Positions 51,208-61,330 of a stretch of 64,000 nucleotides of DNA are shown piece by piece. The stretch covers positions 4,000,001 to 4,064,000 of the forward strand of contig OZ255836.1 in NCBI GenBank assembly GCA_965277715.1, given 5' to 3'. The stretch is from Gammaproteobacteria bacterium. GTDB lineage: Bacteria > Pseudomonadota > Gammaproteobacteria > JBCCGL01. The position numbers and the translations under genes were made by a program. The stretch's first letter is position 1. Every line of letters starts with the position of its first letter. Below the pieces are notes generated by a model. The model saw nothing but the letters and a program-made list of their open reading frames with translations, ran no database searches and had not been told where the DNA came from.

Positions 51208-52194
51208 TTACTTTTTTTTGTTTGCCACGAATACAGCACGCACAGGTGCCGGGTGACCTTCAATGGTTTTGTTATGGTCGTCTGGGTCGAGAAAATCGGC
51301 CAGCGACTGAAACTGCATCCAATCGGTACTGCGTTGCTCGTCGGTGGTGGTTTTACGGATGTCGATAAGCCTCACATCGACAAAGCCGCAACGCTCCATC
51401 CAGCCAATCAGGGTTGCACAGCCAGGCAAAAACCAGACATTGCGCATTTGTGCATAGCGTCCTGGAGGGAGCAGTGAATAGCCTACCTCGCCATCAACCA
51501 CCAGGGTTTCCAGTACTAATTCACCGGCTGGCCGCAACAGTCGCTGTAAATCGAACAGGTGATCCAGCGGTGAGCGTCGGTGGTATAGCACGCCCATTGA
51601 AAACACGCTATCGAATACCGGCAGGTCGCCGGGAAGATCTTCAATACCCAGTGGTAAAACCCACACAGGTAGATCACCGGCAAAGTGTTTACACGCCAGA
51701 AACTGCATAACAAATAGTAGGGTGGGGTCGATACCAATAACCCACTCAGCGCCGCCTTGCAGCATGCGCCAGCAGTGGTAGCCATTGCCGCAGCCAATAT
51801 CCAGCACTTTTCGACCCGTCAGTGGGGTGATACCAGGCTGTACGCGATCCCATTTCCAGTCGGAGTGCCATTCGGTATCGATCACTGTGTTTGCTATGTT
51901 TAAGGGGCCTTTTCGCCACGGGTGGAAAGTGCGTAAACAGGTTTCCAGTTGTGTGTTTATTTCGGTGGAATAACTTTCCCCGCCAGCCATACAGAGGTGC
52001 TTGTTTTCGTACACGAGTGAGGGTTGGTCAACGCGTGGCAGTTTCGCTATGGCCTCCAGCCAAACGGGCAATTTGCCGTTGCGTTTGGCTGAGAAGGCGC
52101 TGTCGAGCAGGGGTTGTAAGGTGTGTAACAACGGTGCTGCAGGCGTATCCTGGAGTGCTGTATAAAGCGATTGGTACGCGTCTATCGGGTTCAT
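51208..52194 (-). CDS. cmoB: tRNA U34 carboxymethyltransferase
   Basis: [36 protein letters not shown]. Confidence 0.95.
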   Translation of the reverse strand: MNPIDAYQSLYTALQDTPAAPLLHTLQPLLDSAFSAKRNGKLPVWLEAIAKLPRVDQPSLVYENKHLCMAGGESYSTEINTQLETCLRTFHPWRKGPLNIANTVIDTEWHSDWKWDRVQPGITPLTGRKVLDIGCGNGYHCWRMLQGGAEWVIGIDPTLLFVMQFLACKHFAGDLPVWVLPLGIEDLPGDLPVFDSVFSMGVLYHRRSPLDHLFDLQRLLRPAGELVLETLVVDGEVGYSLLPPGRYAQMRNVWFLPGCATLIGWMERCGFVDVRLIDIRKTTTDEQRSTDWMQFQSLADFLDPDDHNKTIEGHPAPVRAVFVANKKK

Positions 52195-52925
52195 TTTATC
52201 GCTACCAGGGAGGCAAAGTTAAAGCATTGAAACCATAGTTCACAGTGGGTGAATCCGGCTTTGTACAGGCGTTCTTTGTGGGTGTTAAGGGTTTCGGGGA
52301 TTAATACGTTTTCCAGTGCGTTGCGTTTTTGACTGACTTCCAGTTCACTGTAACCGTTGGCGCGTTTAAAGCTGTGGTGCATGTCTATTTGTAGCTGTTG
52401 GATGCGCGGGTCATCAAATGCCAGTTTTTCTGATAAGACTAAAATACCAGTGGGCCGGAGGCCCGCATAAATGCGCTCGATCAGTGCAGCGCGCAGTGTC
52501 GGGTCGATAAATTGCAGGGTGAAGTTGAGTACCACCATTGAGGCATTTTCAATGGGTGTATCGTCGATATCTGCACAGTGGATGTCGACGGGCGTAGGGC
52601 TTGTGTCGGTATTTATATTGTTACGGCACCCGTTCACCATTGCAGGTGCATTGTCGATGGCAATAATGCGGCAACCCCGGTGTTGGATATTTTGCCGCAT
52701 TGCCAGTGTGGCGGCGCCGAGTGAGCAGCCGAGGTCGTAGCAGTGGCTGTAGGCCTGTACATGTTTGCGGGCCAATAAGCCAATCGAGGTAATGATTGAG
52801 GCGTAGCCGGGCACCGAACGGCTGATCATGTCGGGAAAAACATGGGCAACGTTGTCGTCAAAGGCAAAGTCGGCAATGCTGGCGAGCTTGCTGGCGTAGA
52901 GGGTATCTTCTTGGTTGTTGGTCAT
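52191..52925 (-). CDS. cmoA: Carboxy-S-adenosyl-L-methionine synthase
   Basis: [35 protein letters not shown]. Confidence 0.95.
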   Translation of the reverse strand: MTNNQEDTLYASKLASIADFAFDDNVAHVFPDMISRSVPGYASIITSIGLLARKHVQAYSHCYDLGCSLGAATLAMRQNIQHRGCRIIAIDNAPAMVNGCRNNINTDTSPTPVDIHCADIDDTPIENASMVVLNFTLQFIDPTLRAALIERIYAGLRPTGILVLSEKLAFDDPRIQQLQIDMHHSFKRANGYSELEVSQKRNALENVLIPETLNTHKERLYKAGFTHCELWFQCFNFASLVAIK

Positions 52926-53062
52926 GCAGGTGTTGATTAGGAGTAACCGGTGAATAATAACGTGTTGAAAGGGGCTGTTACCACTTGTCGATAGGTTTCT
53001 TTATTTTATTTTCTTTAGGCCTACACCTATCAATATAAGCTTAATGGTGAACACAAAACATC

Positions 53063-53336
53063 ATGTAGGCAGCAGCTAAAGGTTTAAGGTTTCCTACACG
53101 TGAATTGCTGGAAAGTGTCGCTCGGGGAGAAGGCGTTGTCATTACTTACCGGGGTAAACCTCACGCTAAACTAGTGCCGATTGAGGCAGTGGAGGAGAGT
53201 GATGAGACGGTTAACCCACTGAGACCCACTGAGGAGTATTTGGAAAAATGACAAGGAGAGTGAGGATATTAGTGGCTATTTGCGTAAGCTGAGGTGTGGT
53301 AGGCACAGGGCAATCGAACTCAAATATCAGCAATAG
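53063..53336 (+). pseudogene. Phd/YefM family antitoxin pseudogene
   Basis: ATG TAG then LRF..RELLESVARGEGVVITYRGKPHAKLVP; frameshifted by a 10-bp duplication; resumes WKNDKESEDISGYLRKLR. Confidence 0.7.
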
Positions 53337-53601
53337 TTTGTAGTGAGTATTCTTTAACTTCATACGACTTTGGGATATTTTTTTATCCCGGTTTTGGCGG
53401 TCTTTTTCCTTTTTAATTATATTCGGTGCAAGCTGTTTCACAAGCGATAAAAACTCTGTGTCTGTAAGTTACTAACTGAAGAGCGGGGTTCGTTTCAAAA
53501 AAGCTGTTGCATAATTGGTGTCATCAGTGGTTAAATCACTCACAGTTTCACGAGGCTTTTAAGTAAGCGCGTGACACCTGAGCTTAATCAAGGATACAAA
53601 A

Positions 53602-54051
53602 ATGGTTGTTAAAAAGGTGGTAACACTTGTTTTTGGTCTAGCAGTCGCTGGGCTTATATGGGTTGTGGGTATGACCGTTATCCCGCCCGATAGTGCGGAA
53701 ATTGCATCGGTTACAGACGCCTATGTAAATGACGTAGAAAAAACCCTCCCTACCACTGCAATAATGTCTAGTGGAGCTGACGAACCAATCGATCACGAAC
53801 AATCCCCGTCAGCAAAAAAACTACAAGCACTCCTCAATACACAAACATCACTCCCCACCGAAATTGAGCAAACAGAGGCAACAATTGCTCAGCTTGATCA
53901 AACACTGCGTAAATTTGATCAACAGTTACAAAGCCAGGGTATTAATCCACCGGATCAAAATATAACTGAACCAACAGAGGAAACTCCATCGTCAACGGTG
54001 CAGCGCCTGCAAGCTATCCGCGACCATATCAATAAAACCCCTGTGGAATAA
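53602..54051 (+). CDS. Membrane-anchored hypothetical protein co-transcribed with the Rhs gene
   Basis: N-terminal hydrophobic segment, coiled coil, AAGGA RBS; stops 12 bp before the rhs ATG. Confidence 0.7.
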   Translation: MVVKKVVTLVFGLAVAGLIWVVGMTVIPPDSAEIASVTDAYVNDVEKTLPTTAIMSSGADEPIDHEQSPSAKKLQALLNTQTSLPTEIEQTEATIAQLDQTLRKFDQQLQSQGINPPDQNITEPTEETPSSTVQRLQAIRDHINKTPVE

Positions 54052-54063
54052 GGAGAGAACCTA

Positions 54064-57000
54064 ATGACCTCATTACTTACCCGTATCACCTGCGTATCTA
54101 CCGTAGTATGCGCCCTAATAGTACAGACGCTGCCTGCAACGGCGGTTGAAGTTGGCGCTACCGCAGGTGAATTCAATGTATCAAATGGTAATGCCAGCTA
54201 TACCCTTCCAATTAAAGTTGCCCCTGGCCGTGGGGGTATGCAGCCAGACGTTGCGCTTTCTTATAACAGTGCGGCAGGCAACGGTATTATGGGGGTGGGA
54301 TGGAACCTTAGCGCAGTATCGGCGATCAGCCGCTGCCCGGCCAATCTGGCGCAGGACGGTTTTATCAGCGGCATAACCTTTGGCGATAAAAGCCGTTATT
54401 GTCTGGATGGTGAACGTTTGATTCCCGTCAGTGGGGCAAACGGTGCTGTTGGCACTGAGTATCGTACGGAAATTGATGGTTATTCGCGCATTCGTTCGGT
54501 GGGGGGTAGTGCTAACAACCCGGCTTATTTTGTGGTGGATACCAAGGCCGGTCATACCATGACATTTGGTTTGGGCAATAATGCTACTGTGGCATTTGCC
54601 TATGGACGGTTGAATTGGTTATTAAGTGAGGTTAATGATAGTACGGGCAATAACCCAATCACGTACAAATACCGCATCCAGGACAATAAACAGTACCTGG
54701 ACAGTATGGAATACAGTGGCGGGAAAGTTAATTTTGTCTACGAGCAAAGAGCAGATGAAAATAAATACTATATAGCAGGTTCTGAAGTCCATACCCGGTA
54801 CCGTTTACGGTCAATTTCTAGCTATCACAATGATGTTATCTTAAGAAACTATCACCTAACGTACCAAAGTAATCTGGAAAACACTTTACTGAGTAGCGTA
54901 CAAGAGTGTACTTCACAAGACAGCCATTGTTTCAATCATATAAGGTTTGGTTGGCAGGGTGAACCTGCTGCTTACAATGCTGTTATTTCCAATACACCGA
55001 CGGCATCAGGTGGGTATGGGTCAAGTGGGTGGCAGTTTTCTGGGTTTCACGATACCAATGGTGATGGATTGCCAGATGCTATCTGGACATACGCTAGTTC
55101 ACTAAATGTTGGTACTCGGGTAGCAGTCAGTCTCGCCGAAGGGTCAGGTCGATACGGTGCTATTATTGTCAATACACCGACGGCATCAGGTGGGTATGGG
55201 TCAAGTGGGTGGCAGTTTTCTGGGTTTCATGACACCAATGGTGATGGATTGCCAGATGCTATCTGGACATACGCTAGTTCACTAAATGTTGGTACTCGGG
55301 TAGCAGTCAGTCTCGCCGAAGGGTCAGGTCGATACGGTGCTATTATTGTCAATACACCGACGGCATCAGGTGGGTATGGGTCAAGTGGGTGGCAGTTTTC
55401 TGGGTTTCATGACACCAATGGTGATGGATTGCCAGATGCTATCTGGACATACGCTAGTTCACTAAATGTTGGTACTCGGGTAGCAGTCAGTCTCGCCGAA
55501 GGGTCAGGTCGATACGGTGCTATTATTGTCAATACACCGACAGCATCAGGTGGGTATGGGTCAAGTGGGTGGCAGTTTTCCGGGTTTCACGATACCAATG
55601 GTGATGGATTGCCAGATGCTATCTGGACATACGCTAGTTCACTAAATGTTGGTACTCGGGTAGCAGTCAGTCTCGCCGAAGGGTCAGGTCGATACGGTGC
55701 TATTATTGTCAATACACCGACGGCATCAGGTGGGTATGGGTCAAGTGGGTGGCAGTTTTCCGGGTTTCACGATACCAATAGTGATGGATTGCCAGATGCT
55801 ATCTGGACATACGCTAGTTCACTAAATGTTGGTACTCGGGTAGCAGTCAGTCTCGCCGAAGGGTCAGGTCGATACGGTGCTATTATTGTCAATACACCGA
55901 CGGCATCAGGTGGGTATGGGTCAAGTGGGTGGCAGTTTTCCGGGTTTCACGATACCAATGGTGATGGATTGCCAGATGCTATTTGGACATACGCTAGTTC
56001 ACTAAATGTTGGTACTCGGGTAGCAGTCAGTCTCGCCGAAGGGTCAGGTCGATACGGTGCTATTATTGTCAATACACCGACGGCATCAGGTGGGTATGGG
56101 TCAAGTGGGTGGCAGTTTTCCGGGTTTCACGATACCAATGGTGATGGATTGCCAGATGCTATCTGGACATACGCTAGTTCACTAAATGTTGGTACTCGGG
56201 TAGCAGTCAGTCTCGCCGAAGGGTTAGGTCGATACGGTGCTATTATTGTCAATACACCGACGGCATCAGGTGGGTATGGGTCAAGTGGGTGGCAGTTTTC
56301 CGGGTTTCACGATACCAATGGTGATGGATTGCCAGATGCTATCTGGACATACGCTAGTTCACTAAATGTTGGTACTCGGTTAGCAATTAGCCTTTCTAAT
56401 GACACAAAACCAAGACTGTCATCAATAACAGACTCTTTGGGCACGCATACGGATATTAGTTACGCCTCTTTAACCGACAAAACGGTCTACACCAAAGGCA
56501 CTGGCGCCGCTTATCCGGTAATTGACCTACAGTACCCCCAATACGTGGTTAGCAGTGTTACCGCCGATGATGGCATCGGTGGCAGTATTTCTACAAATTA
56601 CCACTACGAAGGATTAAAAGCCCATGTAAAAGGCCGGGGTTCCTACGGTTTTGCCAAAATTACCGAAACGTACCCTGACACAGGTAAAACACAGGAAACC
56701 TGGTTCGACCAGAGTGGCTTCCCCTTTACCGGCCATGTGCTCCGCCACACTGAATCGTACAACGGGCAACTCCTGAATGAATCTACCACTGAATATAGCC
56801 AAGATAGTTACTATGCTGGGGTAGAGTCCGTCCACGCGCACCGCACCGTGCAGCGCAGTTATGAACTCGACGGTTCATTAATTAGCACCGTTACTTCACT
56901 GAGTGAAAACATAGATGCCTATGGCAATGTGGGAACTGTCACTGTTATCACTGAGGGTGGTGGTGAAACATTCACCCAAACCACCGTTAGCCAATACGAC

Positions 57001-60000
57001 AACAATACAGATAACTGGCACCTTGGCCGCCTAATGGAAGCGCGTACTACCCACACCACCCCCCAGGGCGATGCCACGCCCAAGCTCAGCCGCTTTACCT
57101 ACGACGCCCATACCGGTTTGCTCGATTCGGAAAGTATTATCAGCACCCAAACCGGTGAAACCTTCCAAACAACGGTTTACCAATACGATAGTTTTGGTCA
57201 GAAAATTGCTGTTACGCTCAGAGTGCCTAACCATGCTGATCGCACCAGCACCACCGAACGGGATGTGCTGGGTCGCCCTACCAGAAGCTGCAACCCTCTT
57301 GGCTTGTGTGAAACCTTTGAATACAACGAACAGGGACTATTAGCCACGCAAACAGGCCCCAATGGCATCACCACCCGTTGGTCATACGATGGCTTTCAGC
57401 GCAAACGCCTGGAAACGCGGGCCGACGGCAACCAGACCCGTATCGATTATTACTTCGCCAATAGCAACCAATGCGGTGAACGAGCAACGTTTGCACACTA
57501 CTGTAGTGTCACCGAGAGTAGCGGCAGCCCGGCGGTGACCGTACAGTTCGACAACCTGGGCCGCGAAGTGCGCAAAATTACCACTGCACTCAACGGTTTA
57601 AAGGTTTACCACGAAACCGAGTACAACCATTTGGGCGAGGTATACCGTGTTAGCCGCCCTTACTTTTTGGGTGACAATATCTATTGGGCCAGTACCCAAT
57701 ACGACGCTATTGGGCGTGTGGTTGAAATCACCGAACCCGGCCCGCATGGCAGCACGAATACAATCAACAACCGCTACAACGGGTTGACCACGACGACCTA
57801 CAACGGCCCCAAGCAATTGGCGAAAACAACCCGCACCAATGCATTGGGACAAACAGTGCGTGTTGAGGAGGAGGAAGGCAGTAGCGTTGAGTATCGCTAC
57901 ACAGTTGACGGTCAATTGCTGACCACCACGGTAGCAGGCGATGCCGCCACGACCATTACCCTCGCATACGACGAGCGTGGCCGCAAAATCAGCATGGACG
58001 ACCCCGATATGGGGTATTGGACTTATGCATACGATGCCTATGGTCAATTGATTCAGCAAACCGACGCCAAAGGCCAGGTTGTCACGATGGATTACGACCA
58101 ACTGGGGCGCCTGGTGCGCCGCCAGGAAACCGAGGGCATCACCACATGGCAATACGGCGATACCAGTGCACCGTTGGGTAGCATTGGCAAACTCCTCGTC
58201 GAAAGTAACGGTGCTGTCAGTAAAACCTACGAATACGACCACTTTGGGCGTACCGTCGCCACCACCCATACTATTGAAGGCACGGCCTACACCACGCGTG
58301 TTCACTACGATGCGCTGGGGCGCGTAATTAAAACTGACTACCCCGGTGGGCAGGATTTCTACACCGAAAATCTCTACAGCGAACTGGGTTTTCTTCACAG
58401 TGTGCGTGGTAGTCGTCTCCGGGCAGAAACCGGTGATCTCAGCCAATTAGCCCCGTTAATTCTGGCCGCGACAGACCTGGCTGAAAGCTACGAAACCCGT
58501 GCGCACACCTTGCGGCGCATTGGGCAGCGGTATCGCGCCAAACTCGACGACTACCGCGCATTACTTGCCATACAAACCCGTGCAGAGGCGAAATATCAGG
58601 CTGACCTTAAAGAAGCTGAGAAAGAAGCTGCCAGTCAACCCTTGGTGAGCGTACAAGTACCGATTAGTGTTGGAGATATCACCATTTTCGTACCTGGCTG
58701 GCGCAGTCAATTGGTTCTGCCAACCAGAGACCCTGTGCCTGTACCGCATTTAAGCGATGACTTGCAAGCCGATCTGAATAGTCAGAAAAGTTTGCTAACA
58801 GAAAGTATAAATAATGCCAAGATAGAAAACCCCCATGTAATTACCCTGGCACCAGTTAATGTCAATGGTATAAGTATTTTCATACCGGTTGAGAATGGCC
58901 AAGGAGTAACACCTACCCAGAACCTTAGTTCTGACGAACAAACAAACCTAACGGCGAGTATTGGGCAAAACCAAACCCTCTCACCGGCGTTTTTAGGCCA
59001 CCTCAACAATACCGTTATTGAGCTTGAGAATGTCATTGCGTTACTCGATCAGCATATCGGCAGTTACACCCAATTGATCGAACAAATCACCGTATTAGCC
59101 GAGCAAACGCTGGCAGCGGCAGATCAAAGCTTCCATTACACACGCAGCCTTGAAAACGGTGCTGAAAGCTATCAAGCACAAACGGCTGATACCCAACATA
59201 TCACCTACTGGCAGGCGCTTGATGCCGATGCGTCCGGTCGCATTACTGCAGAATCGTATGGTAACGGCATCGTTAACGACTACAGCTACAATACCGCCAC
59301 TGGTCAGTTGCAAGTTACCCATAGCGGCCTGCTTGGCAGCACCGCGATACGGCATATCGAATACCAATACGACGCCTACAATAATGTCACATTGCGCGAT
59401 GACCTGGTTAACGACATCCGCGAAACCTTCGAGTACGACCGCTTAGACCGGCTGACCGCCACGCACTTGGTCAGTGAGCGCTTTATCGGTGGTGGTCTCG
59501 ATATTGCGCAAACCCAGAATTATGACGTTTACGGCAATATCACCTACAAATCTGACGTGGGTCACTACCAATACACCAGTGGTCGGCCACATGCTGTTAG
59601 CAGCGCGGGTAATCATCAATACCACTACGATGCCAACGGCAATATGCTCGAAGGCGATGGGCGCCGCTTCACCTGGAACAGTTTTAACAAACCGATCCAT
59701 ATCAGTAAAAACGGCAAATCGGCCCGTTTTAGTTATGGCCTTGACCGGGCGCGCTATAAAAAGATCAATCACACAGGTGATACCACCTGGTACGTAGGGG
59801 GATTGTACGAGAAACAGGTCACTGACAACGGTCAACACACCCGGCATCAATACTACATCTACGCTGCAGGCAATCGGGTCGCCAGCCACAGTGTTTCCAG
59901 CAAGGAAGGTGTAAAAACCCACTATCTGCACAAAGACGCGCTTGGCAGTATCGACACGATGACGGATGCTGACGGTCAAGTGGTTGATCGGCGCAGTTAC

Positions 60001-61320
60001 GATGCCTGGGGTAAACAACGCCATTTTGACTGGCAAGGTGCGGGGTCGCTGTACAGCATGCGTTTACTGTTTACCACCCGAGCGTATACCGACCACGAAT
60101 CGATTGAGGAAGTGGGCCTGATTCATATGAATGGGCGGGTATACGATGCAAGCCTGGCGCGGTTTGTTAGCGCTGATCCGCATATACAGGCGGCGGGCAT
60201 GAGCCAGAGCTATAACCGTTATAGCTATGTGCTGAATAACCCCATGAAGTATACGGACCCTAGCGGGTACTTTTTTAAGAAGCTTTTTAAGTCGATTAAA
60301 AAAGCGGTTAAAAAAGTGGTAAAAGCTATTAAACCATTTATAGGGGTGATCATTGCGGCTGTGGTGACTTTTTATTGTCCACCCTGCTTAGCGTTAGTGG
60401 GGGGAAACGCAGTTGCACTGGGCGCACTGGCCGGGGCGGCAGCAGGGGCAGCCAGTGCGGCTGTTAATGGTGGTAATATACTTAAAGGCGCCATTACTGG
60501 TGGTATATCGGGTGCTATATTTGCGGGTATAGGTGTGTCAGGTTGGGAAGATACAGCGAAGGTATTGGCTCATGGTGTAGCGGGAGGGTTTATGTCTGTG
60601 GTGCAAGGAGGGAAATTTGGGCAGGGATTTTTGAGTGCTGGGTTTGCTAAATTTGCAACGACCAACCTGACTAATGGCGGTGTTTTTAATATGGCTGATC
60701 GAAGTACTGGGAATATTGTGGGCAGAACGGCGGTTGCGGCAGTGGTGGGGGGTACGGCATCTAAGCTTGGTGGGGGTAAGTTTGCAAATGGAGCAGTCAC
60801 GGCTGCTTTCGCTTATACCTTTGCTAATGCTGCAAGAAGATTTGGAGAAGGTGGTTCCCCGTCCTCTGGTACAGCTTCTGGTTCACAACAGGCTAACCCA
60901 AACCGTGTATGGGAAAATCCAACAGGTGGACAAGTACGCGGTTGTGACTCTCAAGGCTGTGGTGGATACGGAGAAGGTCGTAGCTATGGCCCACATCAAG
61001 GCGCAGATTATGTAGCAACGCCTGGACAAGATGTGGTTGCAGTCACTGATGGCGTTATAGATAAGATTGGTTATCCCTATACCAATGATCTGTCTTATCG
61101 ATATGCAAGAATAACAACTCTCGATGGTTATGTAGTACGTCAGCTTTATGTTGCGCCAGCATCCGGCATCAGCGTTGGTGCAAGTGTTTCTGCTGGTCAG
61201 ACTATTGGAACGTATCAAGGCTTAGGAACTCGGTATCCGGGTATTACTGAGCACGTTCACGTGGATATTCGACACAATGGCCAACAGGTAAATCCAACGA
61301 CTTTGATTCCTTCGCCGTGA
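54064..61320 (+). CDS. Secreted Rhs/YD toxin: SpvB/TcB-like N-terminus, FG-GAP-like repeats, YD shell, Rhs core, M23 (LECT2-like) C-terminus
   Basis: Signal peptide; GNASYTLPI..PG..GMQP..LSYNS..GNG..GVGW; many YD repeats; HMNGRVYD..LARFVSADP..NRYSYVLNNPMKYTDPSG; HQGAD and HVH zinc motifs. Confidence 0.92.
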   Translation: MTSLLTRITCVSTVVCALIVQTLPATAVEVGATAGEFNVSNGNASYTLPIKVAPGRGGMQPDVALSYNSAAGNGIMGVGWNLSAVSAISRCPANLAQDGFISGITFGDKSRYCLDGERLIPVSGANGAVGTEYRTEIDGYSRIRSVGGSANNPAYFVVDTKAGHTMTFGLGNNATVAFAYGRLNWLLSEVNDSTGNNPITYKYRIQDNKQYLDSMEYSGGKVNFVYEQRADENKYYIAGSEVHTRYRLRSISSYHNDVILRNYHLTYQSNLENTLLSSVQECTSQDSHCFNHIRFGWQGEPAAYNAVISNTPTASGGYGSSGWQFSGFHDTNGDGLPDAIWTYASSLNVGTRVAVSLAEGSGRYGAIIVNTPTASGGYGSSGWQFSGFHDTNGDGLPDAIWTYASSLNVGTRVAVSLAEGSGRYGAIIVNTPTASGGYGSSGWQFSGFHDTNGDGLPDAIWTYASSLNVGTRVAVSLAEGSGRYGAIIVNTPTASGGYGSSGWQFSGFHDTNGDGLPDAIWTYASSLNVGTRVAVSLAEGSGRYGAIIVNTPTASGGYGSSGWQFSGFHDTNSDGLPDAIWTYASSLNVGTRVAVSLAEGSGRYGAIIVNTPTASGGYGSSGWQFSGFHDTNGDGLPDAIWTYASSLNVGTRVAVSLAEGSGRYGAIIVNTPTASGGYGSSGWQFSGFHDTNGDGLPDAIWTYASSLNVGTRVAVSLAEGLGRYGAIIVNTPTASGGYGSSGWQFSGFHDTNGDGLPDAIWTYASSLNVGTRLAISLSNDTKPRLSSITDSLGTHTDISYASLTDKTVYTKGTGAAYPVIDLQYPQYVVSSVTADDGIGGSISTNYHYEGLKAHVKGRGSYGFAKITETYPDTGKTQETWFDQSGFPFTGHVLRHTESYNGQLLNESTTEYSQDSYYAGVESVHAHRTVQRSYELDGSLISTVTSLSENIDAYGNVGTVTVITEGGGETFTQTTVSQYDNNTDNWHLGRLMEARTTHTTPQGDATPKLSRFTYDAHTGLLDSESIISTQTGETFQTTVYQYDSFGQKIAVTLRVPNHADRTSTTERDVLGRPTRSCNPLGLCETFEYNEQGLLATQTGPNGITTRWSYDGFQRKRLETRADGNQTRIDYYFANSNQCGERATFAHYCSVTESSGSPAVTVQFDNLGREVRKITTALNGLKVYHETEYNHLGEVYRVSRPYFLGDNIYWASTQYDAIGRVVEITEPGPHGSTNTINNRYNGLTTTTYNGPKQLAKTTRTNALGQTVRVEEEEGSSVEYRYTVDGQLLTTTVAGDAATTITLAYDERGRKISMDDPDMGYWTYAYDAYGQLIQQTDAKGQVVTMDYDQLGRLVRRQETEGITTWQYGDTSAPLGSIGKLLVESNGAVSKTYEYDHFGRTVATTHTIEGTAYTTRVHYDALGRVIKTDYPGGQDFYTENLYSELGFLHSVRGSRLRAETGDLSQLAPLILAATDLAESYETRAHTLRRIGQRYRAKLDDYRALLAIQTRAEAKYQADLKEAEKEAASQPLVSVQVPISVGDITIFVPGWRSQLVLPTRDPVPVPHLSDDLQADLNSQKSLLTESINNAKIENPHVITLAPVNVNGISIFIPVENGQGVTPTQNLSSDEQTNLTASIGQNQTLSPAFLGHLNNTVIELENVIALLDQHIGSYTQLIEQITVLAEQTLAAADQSFHYTRSLENGAESYQAQTADTQHITYWQALDADASGRITAESYGNGIVNDYSYNTATGQLQVTHSGLLGSTAIRHIEYQYDAYNNVTLRDDLVNDIRETFEYDRLDRLTATHLVSERFIGGGLDIAQTQNYDVYGNITYKSDVGHYQYTSGRPHAVSSAGNHQYHYDANGNMLEGDGRRFTWNSFNKPIHISKNGKSARFSYGLDRARYKKINHTGDTTWYVGGLYEKQVTDNGQHTRHQYYIYAAGNRVASHSVSSKEGVKTHYLHKDALGSIDTMTDADGQVVDRRSYDAWGKQRHFDWQGAGSLYSMRLLFTTRAYTDHESIEEVGLIHMNGRVYDASLARFVSADPHIQAAGMSQSYNRYSYVLNNPMKYTDPSGYFFKKLFKSIKKAVKKVVKAIKPFIGVIIAAVVTFYCPPCLALVGGNAVALGALAGAAAGAASAAVNGGNILKGAITGGISGAIFAGIGVSGWEDTAKVLAHGVAGGFMSVVQGGKFGQGFLSAGFAKFATTNLTNGGVFNMADRSTGNIVGRTAVAAVVGGTASKLGGGKFANGAVTAAFAYTFANAARRFGEGGSPSSGTASGSQQANPNRVWENPTGGQVRGCDSQGCGGYGEGRSYGPHQGADYVATPGQDVVAVTDGVIDKIGYPYTNDLSYRYARITTLDGYVVRQLYVAPASGISVGASVSAGQTIGTYQGLGTRYPGITEHVHVDIRHNGQQVNPTTLIPSP
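54973..56390 (+). repeat. In-frame tandem array, 180-bp unit, about 7.9 copies
   Basis: AATACACCGAC starts at 54991, 55171, 55351, 55531, 55711, 55891, 56071 and 56251; only a few substitutions between units. Confidence 0.97.
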
Positions 61321-61330
61321 GTATCTAAAA

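Noticed and set aside
54973-56390. CRISPR array or DGR template/variable repeat
   Set aside because: Units are contiguous in-frame coding repeats with no unique spacers; differences are not adenine-specific; no cas or reverse transcriptase gene in the window
57598-60036. Long antisense ORFs inside rhs (282 aa and 197 aa) and similar shadows elsewhere
   Set aside because: They fully overlap well-supported genes and show no recognisable motifs
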